From Takakia lepidozioides (Eukaryota > Plantae > Bryophyta), in assembly GCA_030704615.1 (NCBI GenBank), contig CM060731.1, positions 3,162,001 through 3,226,000 of the forward strand: a stretch of 64,000 bases of DNA, given 5' to 3'. Numbering within the stretch: position 1 is the first letter of the stretch; each line of letters starts with the position of its first letter. The notes below the pieces were generated by a model. That model had not been told where the DNA came from and did not search any database. It worked only from the letters and a program-made list of their open reading frames with translations. The position numbers and the translations under genes are program-made. This document shows positions 24,301-37,528 of this stretch, in pieces.

Positions 24301-26720
24301 CACCACCATTGTCTGAGCCTATCACAAAAGGCCTTGCTGCCATTAGGCCTTTTCTACTGGCAGTTTCTGGACAAGTTGCTGTCCACCCTTTCTAAAATGC
24401 CCTTCTTTTATACAAATAACATGTCAATGTGTTACAATTTCCAGCAGATACACATAAATTTTACACACACCCAAAAAAATAAGTGAAGGGGCTGTAAAGG
24501 ATATTCCCAAAGAGCTGATAAACCAACATCGCTTCTCAGTACAAGGTTATTCAAATGCATATATACCAATAGTGAGGAAGTTACCAGAACTGGCGGTCTC
24601 TAATAGAAACTGATCATCTACTTTCCGCACCATCAATCCACAGGATTGCTACAAATATATGTTTCAGGATTACTCATCAGAACATCAGACAGTGCCTCTG
24701 CTGCTACGACATTCATTTTATTGAATCACCAAAATTAAATTAAACTTTAAAAAATGGTAAACTCATGCTGAAACAACAGTGAAGTGTAGTGTGCATTCAC
24801 CCATAAGCTCTACTGCGTTCCGTTGGAAGGTGGACATTTTTTATCGGCCATATGCCCAAACCTTCCTTCAGGACTCAAAGCCCCCGGTACCCACACATCA
24901 GGTGTCTGTTTGACCTAGGCAAACCCTTATATAGTTGAATTGCCTATAATGGGTGACATCCACCATCTACATAGGTGGTTTTGACCCCACAACCAGTTGC
25001 AGGGTGGCCTTAGCGCCCTGCCAACTGTGCCATCTGCTTGATGCTCATTAAACCACACCTGAAAGAAGCTGTGTAAACTTTGGAGATGTCGTGTACACCT
25101 GTCGTTATAGAAAAGTGATCACAGTCTGGTACCCAACAGACACCTTGATGTTCCCCGGCATTCGGTAAATGCTTTAACGTCAACTCTTCAGACGGTCTTG
25201 TGACAATGGGAAAGAAAACACGGATGTGTGTTTCAAAAATCAACACGGCTTCATTCGGAATCCCACAAGCAAGCCTTCAAAAGGCACACTTAAAGAGAAA
25301 ATGTGCAACTCACCGACTCTTTATGTCACCAGCCTTTTCTTTGAACTCCTTAATTGATTTTTGCAACTCGGAGTTACTGCACTCACAACCACAATGCCAT
25401 TCCAGTAAGTTTGAAGCAAATCTGTTCAAATGATTGAAGCAAGCACTCTTCTTCCTGTCCCTGCTGATACGTTTTGTCGAAACACAGTTTATTTATGCTC
25501 TGCATGTCCTGAAGTTGACAGGATTTAACACTCTCGGAAGCAATGTCAAGACAAGCAGTTATTCACCACAGGGGCTTAATCTATACATCTGAACTAGCTC
25601 CCTGGAATGACTTAGGTGCACAACTTCTGATGAATCCAGATGGCACAACATGTGACGATGTCAAGTTTCTCCATAGCTTTATGAAATAACATCACAAGCA
25701 AAAATGCTCATCATAACTCACCTTTCTATTTCTCCCTTTACACGGCGGGAAATTTCCCGAAAGATGCTGGCCTGCCTCATAAATGGTTGTGTCAACTGCT
25801 TGGGCTGTGATGCAGTTTCGCGGCTGACAATCTGCCAGTAACTGAAAGTTAGAAACCACTTGCCTTCATGTGCCTCAAGCTTGCACTCATAAGATGTTTG
25901 TTACTAAGGACACTCTAGGGCAAGGCCTTCATAGGTACACAACAGGATGTACACACCTGTTCTCTAAGGTTTGTTGGTACTCAGCTTTGGAGCCATACTA
26001 TGAACTCTAATTTACACAAGCCTTTAGAAACAATGAGAAACCTCAGAGGAAGGCAATGTGTGCTTGTGGGCCTACAGCAGGGCACACAAATAACGAATCT
26101 AAGAGATTACAGTCATTTCAATACAGAAAAAATCCAGCATACCAAGAAGTCACTCTCTTACTATCAATCAGGGCTTCAATGTAAGGTGCCAGCTCGTCAT
26201 AAAAAGGTTACCTACACTACCTAAGTAGGGTTCAGCTAGGGTTTAAGCAACGATATATCCAGCTTATCAACAATCCCCCTACACGGAACTTCCTTTGAAG
26301 GATTCAAGAGAGAGAATCAAGTTCATCACATTCCTGTAACTTCCTCATGCAATGCTCTCCACGCCAGATATAGACAACGCGAAAGAGAGGAGGTGATCCA
26401 CCTCAAAACTTAAATTTCGTTTTGAGAACACCCTGAGACAAGAAACGGATGCTCTTGAAAGACAATTGCCGAGGTATCGGCAACTCGGCTGACTACTGAT
26501 TTACAAAATTAGAGACAGTAAGAAGAAGCTGCCACGTACAGACGAATTGACCAACCCAATATGACAAAATAACTCTGCGTGAGTGAGGCGGCACGGAGTG
26601 AAAGAAAAGGGAAGAGGGAAAAAAAAACAAAAGCAAAAACAAAAAAGAACGTACCTGCACCCATGATCGGTGCAAAGCCCATACATGCCCAGACGCGCCG
26701 CGGCCAAGACGACTGCTCAT
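18367..26720 (-). CDS. TIM44: Mitochondrial inner-membrane translocase subunit TIM44 (multi-exon)
   Basis: GT-AG exons encode SIFREISRRVKGEIE, NSELQKSIKEFKEK, TKETTEQLYKQVD, GWERRWETLKQK, AHPAFKRL...SQE, LAEDLRERWETSDSPVVQKIQ, IFGETATAVAMREIRRRDP, SFSYAEF...YLK, GD...CSREVVERC...GIFLDNK, ILHIFDV...PIIIV, FQTQQIYCARD and TVYYSWAMQQ...WKLREMQQLG. The N-terminal exons are less certain. Confidence 0.92.
19861..20098. repeat. ~115-bp tandem duplication covering a TIM44 exon end and splice donor
   Basis: 19861-19977 and 19986-20098 are near-identical. Confidence 0.9.
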
Positions 26721-26829
26721 GATTTAACCTCCCCTCCTCCCTTCTTCTGCGATCACGCCGGGGATGACCACACAATGCGAGATCAAGACATAGATCCGGT
26801 GCAGAGGAGAAAGGCCATACAGTACGCAG

Positions 26830-26857
26830 AACCCTAAACCAGTACCCTAAACCCTAG
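26830..26857 (+). promoter_or_regulatory. Telo-box motifs near the TIM44 5' end
   Basis: AACCCTAAACC...ACCCTAAACCCTAG. Confidence 0.45.
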
Positions 26858-28010
26858 CATTCGAGAGAGACGACACCACCCCCGGCTCCGGTCACCACTG
26901 CCGGTGGTCCCCAGGAAATCTACTAGGTGACCGGACACGCCGGTCGGCAAAAGACATATCTCAACTGTTGGATTTGAGAAAATCGTTAGTAACTTTGGAT
27001 CGTCTGTAGATCAGCAGGTGGACGGTAGAGATGTCATATACGGTTTTTCTCGTCTTAAGTACCTCAGTCTATTAGATTGGACGCTTCAGAGTTGTCGATC
27101 CGAGAATCCACGGTGGAAGATCCACCCACAGAATAACCTTCATATAAAGTGAAAACTATAAAATTATATTATAATTATTTAATATATCATACAGTAATAT
27201 AATTTTCCCTTTCCTTGGGACGGACGAATCACGAGAAATCCGTATACTTCATCCTTATCCACAGCAAAACGGATGGAATCCGTAATCATCACACTTTCAT
27301 CCTTGTCCCCTGGAATATTAAACTCAACAGAATTGAATTACCTCCACGAAGGTAGCTTCCAGAAATGGTCGTGGAGCAGGGGGTTGGCAGACTGTGCTAC
27401 AAGTGGGATTTCAAATTTAAATTGCAGGCGTTTCAGGGCGCCAATCCAACTGCGACCCGGGGTTCAAACTGCGATTAATACATTCGTTGCTATTTTCTGC
27501 AAAGGCACAAACAACGATGTATTCGGATTAATTCTTAGTTGAATTTTGGTGCAAATTGAACCTCATCAAGTGCAATCAAAAAAGAAAAAAAAGAAAAACT
27601 CTTTGTTTACGTCACGACCTACGAGCGCGCGGTGGGTTAAGTAGGCTAGTTAGATATGGTGGTGATTAAGCGGCTCCACCGCCCAGCCCCGGTAATCGAG
27701 GGACCCGCGACCGGTGGCACCCGGTTTCGTAGAAAGGACTCGGAGGGGATACTCGCGATAGCCGGTGGCGCTGCCAGGGATATGCTGCCAGCTGGGCAGG
27801 GGCTCCAAAAAGGCTGTGTTCACAAGGGTAGGTAGGCCAGTCTGGGCTCTTTGATTCTTCTGCAGCCTCCACTCCCTCGCTTCACAGTCTGCTGGAACCC
27901 TTGCTCTCAAGCATTTGGAAGTCTGGAATCCGTGTTTCTATGCTGCTTTAGCACTTTTGTTGGTCGAGATTGAGGGGATTGGGTCGGGTTTCTGGTGGAG
28001 GTAGGAGGCG

Positions 28011-31000
28011 ATGGCGTTTCAAGGCACCCAGCAGAAGTGCAAGGCCTGTGATAAGACGGTGTACTTGGTCGATCAGTTGACGGCTGATGGTGTCATTTAC
28101 CACAAGGCATGCTTCCGATGCAACCATTGCAAGGGAACTCTCAAGGTCTGGCGCCTCTCGGCTTCCCCTTTTCTCTCCCACTCGTGTTTTTTTTGTTTTT
28201 GGCTGTTGTCCTTACGTCACCCCTGTAACCGATCAATGCTGTCTTCATGTCGTTGCCAATACCTGAATCTGACAAGGGTCCTCTAAAGATTTGATTTTTG
28301 ATTCCCATTGTTATCAATCTGCTTTTTTCCATGCGATCTCTACCTCTCTCTCCCTGTCTCTCTCTCAAATGCTGCAGTTCAGGCACATACGTGAAGGACT
28401 CACCTACGATTGGTGAACGGTGCAAGTTCACATTTTTAGCACAGCAAAGGACGGCTGTTCGGATAAGCTTTGTAGCGTACTAGGAAAGCGTGAGCAGACG
28501 AAAATCGGATTCTTTGGTTGTTTCATTCAATTCAAATTGTTGTCGATATGGATTGGGTATATTCGTTGATCAAGCTCAAGACAAAGCCTCTACATTAAAG
28601 AAAATTGTCTACATACTGGATTATCAGCAAGGCGTCTGCAGATCGAGTAGCAAAGAACATTATAGATCGATCTAAGGTGTCAGATTCGGAAATTTTACTC
28701 GCCCAGCCTAGTCTTATCCTTGGTTGGCAATCTATGACTTCGAAATGTCGAGGGGGGTCCTCATCGATGGAAGGCTGGGTTTTGACTCAATTAATTGTCA
28801 AGGCTTTTTTTGTTTATTGCCTACTTGTCTCCTCATTGCACTTCTGGAAATGCAAGTCCCTGTTTAATTCTACTTGGAAAATGGATAGTGAACTTGGGCA
28901 GCTGAAGATCCCAATCTACATCATGTGTCTGTCCAGCAAGGCACTGTCATAGGTCGTCGTAGCAGGGAGGGATAGATTTGTCCAAGAAAGAATTGAAAGG
29001 ATCTCTCCCATGTCTGACATCCACTGTCTTGCAAGAGAGGGTCTTAATTCATCTTCTAATACAGAGTTAAGCCATGAAAGTAGTGCCTAGGGGAAACATT
29101 TCAAGTCACCTTTGTTGGAAGCTTTGGCGGGTAAAGAATGTGACCCAAATCCAACTGTCTTGTTGAGTGAGCAAATGCTTAACAATTTCTGTAGTTGAGG
29201 CATTGTACTGGCATGGAAGAGTTGTTCTAGTGGTTTTATTGTAATCATATGTGCAATCGATGCATGATTACTAGTGATTGCTGCAGAGGTAGCAATGCAA
29301 ACTACAAACTGACCTTGGCTCTTTGTTGCAGTTGAGTAACTATGCATCATTGGAAGGGGTCCTCTACTGCAAGCCACATTTTGACCAGCTCCTCAAGACA
29401 ACTGGAAGCTTTGAAAAGAGCTTTGAACATAAAAATACTGAAGGTTCGCCCATTTCATTGTCAGAAGAGGCTAATCTTAATTCAACTCAGGGAAGCTCAG
29501 TCACACGCTGGAAGTGTAGGAGCCCAAGTGCTTCATAAAATCATCTGCGGAGTGGGGCAGCCAGAGCATGTGTAGATGTTTGAGTGGATGCTTATCTCAG
29601 GCTTTGTGACACTAAGTATGCTGTCAACTAAATACTAATTAAACAATCATGTGCATTCACAGTGTGGCAGGTGGCCCTTGCCTTGACCATCCATTCTTTC
29701 GGGAAATCTTTAACCCTTCTTTGTTCATATGAATTCTGGAGGCATCCACTTCAAAGAGAAAGCATAAAAAATCTGTCAGTGGAAATCGTGTGAAGCTTCA
29801 ATTTGATGGAAATGTGGCTGGTGTGGGATAGGGTTGAAGAGGCAGCCGTCTGACAAGCAGGTGGAGAGTCTGGTACTGCTCTTCTCTCTGTTGTTCCGGT
29901 ACAGAGTGGAAAATGCAGCTGGCTTGAGATAGACAATTACTCAGTTCTTGATTATGTAAACAGTTTTTCAAAGCTGGTACGGGTCTTCATCTGCAAGTTA
30001 TTGGAAAAGATTGTGTGGGATCCTCACAACAATTCAGGTGCAAATGTTTTAGACCCTAGGCTCTAATCTGGCCTCTTTGCCCTCCATTCAGAACAAAACT
30101 CCCTCAAGGGCGTCACTTTTGTTCTCTGGGACGCAAGAGAAGTGCATTGCATGCAATAAGACTGTCTACCCAACTGAAAAGGTACGGCTGCTGCTTCAGT
30201 GTGTGTTTGTCCCCCCCTTGGATTATGTGACACATGCAAAGCTGGTGACAGTGGTGAGTAATGGATTCTTTTCTGGGTCAGTGTTGAAGCAGAGAAGCTA
30301 CTTTCTCCCATGCATCCTCGAACTGCTGCTTGTGCATGAGGCACCTGCTGTAAATGATGTAATGTTGGTCATCAGATTTACACTTTGTATTCAAATTTCA
30401 AGAGCCTTCAAGGGCAGTGCCCCTTGGAAGGGAAATCTTCTAGGGGAGGTGAACCAGGGCTTGTCCGGTTATTGATCGGGGCCTTGCTCACTTAGTAAGT
30501 TGGAATGCATTACCATTAAGCCACTTCTTCCTTTTGTAGTCGGAAGGAGCATGGATCTTATTGGCAGCATTGCATCCCATGTTCTGGTTTGTGATTACTG
30601 CCTGGGAGCCTTGCTTCCCCAGTATCATGTACCTGACAAAAACTCTGAGCTGGGGCTTCCCTCACCAGCATGTTAGGCTAATAGCTTTGCTTTGTTTGTA
30701 AGTTTGAGGAAGTTGTTTTGACTGTATTTGCCTCAAGGTCGTTCCATGGCAGAGGAAGAGGGGTCACTTGCTGTGGAAGATCTATAAATGTCTCTATATC
30801 GAGTCACTGCAGCCTGTCACTGCAGTGTCAAGGCTTGCACCTTTACTGTACCCATGCATATTTTTTCCTCTGAATTTGAATGTTTTCACTTGCTTGGTTG
30901 GGACAGACAAGTGTGGAGGGCCTTCCCTACCACAAGAGCTGCTTCAAGTGTGTCCATGGGGGCTGCTCAATCACCCCCTCCAACTATGCAGCCCTTGAAG

Positions 31001-31119
31001 GCCGTCTCTACTGTAAACACCACTACTCACAGCTCTTCAAGGAGAAGGGCAACTACAGCCAATTTATCAAGACCCCAGCATTAAAACCCACAGGTGGAAA
31101 CCCCACCCATGAATCTTAA
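28011..31119 (+). CDS. Plant two-LIM-domain actin-bundling protein (WLIM/PLIM family); exons 28011-28145, 29332-29443, 29861-29898, 30092-30181, 30907-31119
   Basis: MAFQGTQQKCKACDKTVY...YHKACFRCNHC, LSNYASLEGVLYCKPHF, FSGTQEKCIACNKTVYPTEK and YHKSCFKCVHGGC...LYCKHH; splice phases are consistent. Confidence 0.95.
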
Positions 31120-32576
31120 GTTTGCAAACTTCTCCACGATCAATCCCCTGCGGAATTTTTGATTTGGCATGGAGTGTCAAATGGGTTCGTGTACAGTTTT
31201 TGCGAGTAATATGGGTGTCAGCTTTTACGAGCTGTTGGGTGTGCTAAGAATCTTGTTACCAATGTTGGCCTGAGATTGTGCATTATGGGAGACTGTTCAT
31301 TCCTGTGGGAGTACAAAATGAAAGTCTTGGAGGCTCTTCAAGTTTTTCAAAGTCAGAGCTTGCCAAGAGTTTGTAGTCAGCTTCATGATCTCTCTTTCCA
31401 TGATGGACTGTGCAACTATCTCCCATTTGAAACAATTGTGGATCATGGATGTCAGCACAGTCATCATTGGCTAACTTGGCATATCTGTTTGATTTTTGTC
31501 CATGGAAGCTATGCATTACAACTATCAAGATCTTTCTCAGTTTATTTGTCAGCCTATACTGGACCCAGTGTAAGAGTTGATTTGGGTGTGAGTATTTGAG
31601 TTTTAAGGACAGAGTCATAGGATTTTCTGTCATACAGACTGTTTTTTGTTCCCCTGGATTGAATTTGAGTTGATCTTTTGCAAACATTTGTGACTGCAAA
31701 GGTGAATATATAGCTTCTGACTGAACCAAGTGTATGAGATATTCGTCCCATTATGAAATAAAAATCTGCCTTATCATTGAATGAAAAAAATTCTGATTTG
31801 ATATTTCCATGGACACAGTTTTGCTTTCAAAGAGGGTACATTTATGAAGCAGTATTTTGAGGTCTTGGTTGCTTAGTCTGTGCATATTGGGCTGTCCCTC
31901 TTTTATTGTTGACATGTTGTAGGTAGTATATGCCTTCCATGCATTTGATGATTGTGGTACCCTTACCACAGCTGAAGTCTGTTGTGCATCTAGTGGGGTA
32001 TAATATGGTGTTTCAAGGTGTTTTTTCAAATGTATTCTTTGTGTTGTACAGTTGTGTGTGGTGTGTGGAACATTCAACCATATCTTCGATCTCCAGTCCC
32101 ATGGGGTCTCCAGTCTCCACCTCTTTCATACACTCTCGTCACTCCTTGCGGACTCTTCCTCGCCCCTTCAGACAGTCAGTGGTCAAGACTGCAATGAAGA
32201 GCTCTTGCTTCCTCATGACTAGGAACGATGGGTATTTTGTGTTCTTGGGTTTTGGCTTTGTTGTGGTCAATTTATTGATCGCTTGAAAACCACGCACGGG
32301 CTGTGGCACCAAGTTACCATCTCCTGCTATTAGTGTGCAAAGCTCGAAGGCTAGGATATCAGTTAAGTATCAGCCTGGGTGCATCTTCAGTTGCTTAAAT
32401 ATGCAGCATCAATATCTCGATGTAATGTATAGCAATTTGTCAATCATACAATTTCAAGAGAGGCCCAACATTGAATAGCTGCACAAGACACTGAAGTATA
32501 GCATGCAGTAAAAAATATGCGCCACAATCTATGTAAAAAATAAATTTAAGCAACTGAAGAATTGACATGTACAAAC

Positions 32577-32928
32577 CAGTGTTGGGCGGTTATTTGACTT
32601 TCTCTCTAATACCCGGCGGTTACCTATCCGGTTATATGTATATATGACCGGTGGAGGTGAAAAAATGAAGCAACCGGTCCAGTTAGGAACCGGCGGAGGT
32701 CACGCATTCAAATAACCGAGCAAAAAACCTCTTAAAGAACCGCCCAATACCCACGGTTATTTGATGAAAACCGCCGGTTATTTGAGATTTTTGCAAGTAA
32801 CCGTAACCGGCAGGTTATATCTAGCCATAGAAAATTTAATAACCGCAACCGCAGGTTAGTAGTTTTCTAAAATTTGAAGCAACCGGAACCGCCGGTTATG
32901 AAAAAAATCAAATAACCGGCCAACACTG
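32577..32928. mobile_element. hAT-type MITE (352 bp)
   Basis: TIRs CAGTGTTGGGCGGTTATTTGA / TCAAATAACCGGCCAACACTG; TSD GTACAAAC / GTATAAAC (7 of 8); many subterminal AACCG repeats. Confidence 0.9.
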
Positions 32929-33898
32929 GTATAAACAGCCCATAAGGTTGGCCCGGGGGCATATGGTGATTGCATGTTGTGGAGACTTATAAGATATAGG
33001 TTGTGGAGCCCCAACAACCCAATAAATGCAAAAAATGGTAATGTGATGGTAGCTCGAACATAGAATCTATTTGATTGGACGTTGAGCTGCGACAACACTT
33101 TGTTCAAAATCATGAATTAATCCACTCAATGAATACCGTAGTATAGGGGCCATTTTTTACACAAATTTTAATATCTCAATATTGTTGAAAATTTTGGAAA
33201 TTTATTTTTTGAGATTAAATAACTTTGTGAATGATAATAGAATATCTTTGGGAATATTCCATATGTTGAAATGGAATTCTCAAAATAAAATAAATATTCG
33301 ACAGACGAGTGTTGAAATGGCCCACGTAATGGTAATAGGTCCTCGATCTTCCCATGGAACATAGGCAGGCCCCAATATTTTTGAAGTACATGTATGCTGT
33401 CAACTATCCCACAATCTGCCTACTTATAATCTCATCTTCAATTGAATCTACTTTGTTTAGGGTTGTTGGTTGTTGAATATGTATTCACACATGATATTAA
33501 CATTTTTTTTTGTTTTTCATGAGATTCATTCACACATTTATAATTGGTATTGCGGGACTAATCAACAATTAAATACAAGTCCGATTCATCAAGACGGGAG
33601 CAACCGTTTCTTAACCAATAATGTTAACACTTTGTATGGAGTAAGGTGAAATGTCACATTAATTTAATCTCAATATTGTGGAAAAAAACAATGTCCTAAC
33701 ATTATAGGGCATCAAACACTTCATTGACTTGCAATATGACTTTGCCCCTCTAATACAACATGGTTTAACTAATGAGCCTCATTCAGTTCCAACTAACAAA
33801 GTAGTAGCGCTACTTTTAGTATAATTCACAAACTAAAGAATATACAAAATGGTAATATGATAAATATGAAATATTATTCAATTTTGATCATATCTGTA

Positions 33899-35641
33899 TT
33901 AAGGAGATTGAATAGTGAGATCACTGAACGAAGCAACATATGGTAAGCCAAGACCATGCCATTTTCCAGTCCATGCACCTCCTTCTACAACCGATGCATT
34001 CCACACAGATGCATACAAGAAGACATGTTTTGTTGGATATGGCTTGTTTTGTTGAATCTGTTGAACATGCCGAACTGTCCTTACTAGTTTCTCATCCACA
34101 AACCATTGAATCCGATGTCTGCTATAATGGATTGTATAGGCATGAAAATCCTTAGAGCAATCAAAATTCAAATCCACCCAATGTTCGTGGCCCCCCACAC
34201 CATTCACATAAAAATTTGTCTGCACAATATATTTGTTGTTGCCAAGAAACTCAAAATCAATTTCATCTTGTACATGACTCCCTTCCGATGATGACAAATA
34301 TAGACTTGTGAGAAGACCACTAGTATCACCCGGTGGGCACTTCACATTTCCTCTGAATGTACCTACTGGATAGCTTTCCAGTGATCGAATTCGTCCGCCA
34401 CATCCAAAATGATCGAAAGAAATGGTGAATTCGTTTCCTCTAACATAGATGTTCGATGCACAATAGTCAATCACCATAGGATTCATGGGTACCGGAACAT
34501 GTGACCATATTGTTGCTTCTGGAGGTGGTTCCCATAGGCCTCCAAAGAGAGGCGATGTTATCATCAGATTTGTGTAATACATGTGAAATGGACTTTGATC
34601 CCAATTGATTTTTCCGGCCCATAGCCCATCTGCTACATATGATGCATCCCAAGTGTAGCCATAAATGTGACCAGCCTTGGTTGGATATGAATTTCCAAGT
34701 GTATTTGTTAAAGTGCGAAGTATCACAGTATCGACTATCCACATAATGCTTTCTTTATCCCATTTGATGGTGTACTCATGAAACTTTGCAGACGTATCAA
34801 ATTCCATTGCATAGGTTTCAAGGGTCCCGACATGATTACCATTTACAGCGTAACTAGTAAGAATTCTACTAGGAAAATTACCAATAAAATCAAAGCTGAT
34901 AATATCACTAGAGTCATCGTTGGACGAGATGTAGAAACTACTACTAACTCCGGATGATCTCATAGGACAACGCATGTGGATAGTGAAAACACCAGATGCA
35001 AACTTGGTTCGCGAATGAAACTTTCCACCACAATATTTGTCTAGGCGAATAGTTGCAGCACTTCCTTGGAGATCAATATGGTTGGGACAATAGTCCACTT
35101 GCATTTCATCCATACTATAGGATATTGTAGAAGGAAAAACACTTATTTCTCCCATGTGACCAGATGTACCGCGTCTTTCCCTCATGCCTTCAGTACTCGA
35201 AGAGATGATAGGTTGAGCCATATTAGATGGAATTGTACCATCCATTTCATCAACGATAAGATTTGCTGAAGACTCATGAACCCTTTGACTTATCTTTGTT
35301 CGAAGGCCATTTTCTTCTTGGCCTTCTTGTGTCTTTATATCACCTAGTTGTTTTCTACAACTATCTACCGATGTTTCTACCATGAGGAGTTGTTCCACTG
35401 CCTCATTATGGCTTCCACTAGAAAGATAATTCTCTATTTGACCCAAACTTGACTTCATAGACTGTAACTGAGTCTTGCAAATTTCTTCAAATAATTCTGC
35501 TCTTTCATCGTCTTCTACAAGACGCGATTGTGTGTTGTCAATTTGCATAGCTGAAAAGTTCAGAGTATTTGATTTCTTCATGGAAACAACTGAGACTACA
35601 AAATGCAACATAGTTGACAATAAAAGTAATAATCTAGACAT
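33899..35641 (-). CDS. Intronless 580-aa protein: signal peptide, helical PMEI-like segment, two tandem GH16 EG16-like domains (first degenerate, second with intact catalytic motif)
   Basis: Hydrophobic N-terminus. Domain 2: IDYC...CPPGDTSGL..LYLSS.EG..QDEIDFEFLG..IVQTNFY..FDCS..FH..LYASVWNAS..WTG..PY. Domain 1 aligns but reads DIISFDFIG. Confidence 0.9.
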   Translation of the reverse strand: MSRLLLLLSTMLHFVVSVVSMKKSNTLNFSAMQIDNTQSRLVEDDERAELFEEICKTQLQSMKSSLGQIENYLSSGSHNEAVEQLLMVETSVDSCRKQLGDIKTQEGQEENGLRTKISQRVHESSANLIVDEMDGTIPSNMAQPIISSSTEGMRERRGTSGHMGEISVFPSTISYSMDEMQVDYCPNHIDLQGSAATIRLDKYCGGKFHSRTKFASGVFTIHMRCPMRSSGVSSSFYISSNDDSSDIISFDFIGNFPSRILTSYAVNGNHVGTLETYAMEFDTSAKFHEYTIKWDKESIMWIVDTVILRTLTNTLGNSYPTKAGHIYGYTWDASYVADGLWAGKINWDQSPFHMYYTNLMITSPLFGGLWEPPPEATIWSHVPVPMNPMVIDYCASNIYVRGNEFTISFDHFGCGGRIRSLESYPVGTFRGNVKCPPGDTSGLLTSLYLSSSEGSHVQDEIDFEFLGNNKYIVQTNFYVNGVGGHEHWVDLNFDCSKDFHAYTIHYSRHRIQWFVDEKLVRTVRHVQQIQQNKPYPTKHVFLYASVWNASVVEGGAWTGKWHGLGLPYVASFSDLTIQSP

Positions 35642-36519
35642 GGTTTTAAATTTTATACAACTAACTGTATACTAATATTTGTCTTGCAAAGGCTGAATGG
35701 TGTCGTCCAGTTAGTTAACTCAACGTGAAAAATGAGATGACTGCAATTATCAAATGACAACTTTATGTTGTTCAAAACTTGAAATTTCTTGCTATTAAGA
35801 TTCAAACCACAAAACTATAAAATTGATTTAAGTTCAGATCTGTTTGCAACAATAAATTTGTCAAGATTCTTTGTGTTTCAAAGCTGTATGACAGTACTGC
35901 ATAACAAATTTATGTTGAAAGAAAAGTGTACTCATGTCATAGATCATGGTTGGTGTCTCTTCACCACGAAGGGCATCTTTACGGACATCTTCTATTCGGC
36001 TTAACGTTTTGCCAAGCGAAGCGATCGTTATAAGAAAACTCGAAACTTTGGCATATACCAACACATAATTTAAATGGGTCACCTTATAATGTTGGGTTAG
36101 TGGTTCATGAGCCAATGATGCATTTTATATAGTTGGGTTGACTAATATGATGGCCGGTAACATCTAATATACAACTGTGGGAGTTTTGAACCCATAATCA
36201 CTTGCAAAGCAACTTTATTGGGATAATTATACATTTTAAAATAATATCAATCTTTTCTTGAAAACAATTCAATAGTAGACGAATTAATCAAGTGACCATG
36301 ATAGTAGCATATCTCTGTAATATTATAGATATTGTTTTGTATTTATTTTGAAGTCTCACTGTTCATTTCAACAAAATGACCCAAGAAAACTAAGATAAAA
36401 TGACCTGCTAATTTATCATCTTGACCAATTACTACAAAGTTGATCTTTCTCAAAAAATTCTTTTCTTTTTGTTTTTTTTTTTTTTTTTGTGTTTAGTAGA
36501 AAGGCCCCATGGACACCTT

Positions 36520-37053
36520 CAAAGAAAAAAGAGAACAATTATCTCCTGGAAAGATATCTGGACCGATATCTGGAAAAAGCATAGACCATCAAAAGTTTCT
36601 GCCTTTCTTTGGAAGATAGCGAATAGAATTTTGCCTGTTGGTGCTTCTATTACTATAGACCCTCCCTCCAACTGTGCTAATTATGTGCAGCCTCAAATCT
36701 CCCGGAAGACATCGAACACAGTTTAGTGTCTTGTCCTTTTGTTGCTGCAATTTGGACCAGAGCCTTCTCCCTCTACTCCCATTCGAATCCCTCTCTCTCA
36801 TACTCTACCTCTGCTGTTCTGTTGAACATTAAAAATAGTTTTCAGTTCTGCTCTTGCCCTGTGTGGGAAACGTTGAGGGAAACTACTCTGGTCTTTATCT
36901 CTTCCCTAGACATCTATCTTTCCTTCTCTTGTGTTTCTTGCTCAGAGTGGAACCTCAATCATCTGCCTTATGGCTCTCTGCAAGTTTATTTTTTCTTACC
37001 GTATTAAATTCTTTTTCTACGGCCACTGTTCTATAAAAAAGAAAAAAAGAAGA
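36520..37053 (+). mobile_element. 5'-truncated L1-type LINE remnant (zf-RVT region plus A-rich tail)
   Basis: WKDIW...PSKVSAFLWKIANRILPVG...C..., frameshifted EDIEH...CPF...IW; A-rich tail at ~37035-37053. Confidence 0.75.
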
Positions 37054-37389
37054 AGGTGTGGATTAATTCAGAGAATGTAATAGATAATATGCTATTGTGC
37101 AGGACAATTCATCAATGTGGAATAATGAAAAAGAGATAGAGAGTTTTTAAAAATTAAATAAAAGCCCTGGTTAATTTTATTCACGAGTTATTAAGGGGAA
37201 AAAAACTAAAACCCCGGATTAAACCATAAGGCACACACACCGTGATCAGTGTGATTGGCCACAGGTTTGAAGTTGGTGTGAAGATTAGAGGGTGGTCTGG
37301 CAGGGGTTATAGTATGCTACGACAAGAGTTGAATTAATAACTGCCATCTAAGGGGGTAAAAAAAAAATGATAAAGATAAAAGAGTGAAT

Positions 37390-37528
37390 TTACAGAGCCT
37401 ACTGCTCAACACACAGGCCATCGAGGGCCCAATGGACGGTCTGAAGGCACATGTTGAAGGATTGAACCCAGGATCACCTAGGTTATGCACAGGCAAGGCA
37501 CGAACACCCAACCACTGGGCTACCTGCT
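37390..37528 (-). mobile_element. tRNA-derived SINE
   Basis: Minus strand carries A box TAGCCCAGTGG (37522-37512) and B box GGTTCAATCC (37468-37459), ~43 nt apart, followed by a tRNA-unrelated tail shared with 6540-6626. Confidence 0.75.

Noticed and set aside
31120-32570. Several 65-150 aa ORFs downstream of the LIM gene, and similar short ORFs across the window
   Set aside because: No homology cues or splice support; consistent with UTR, intron or antisense noise.
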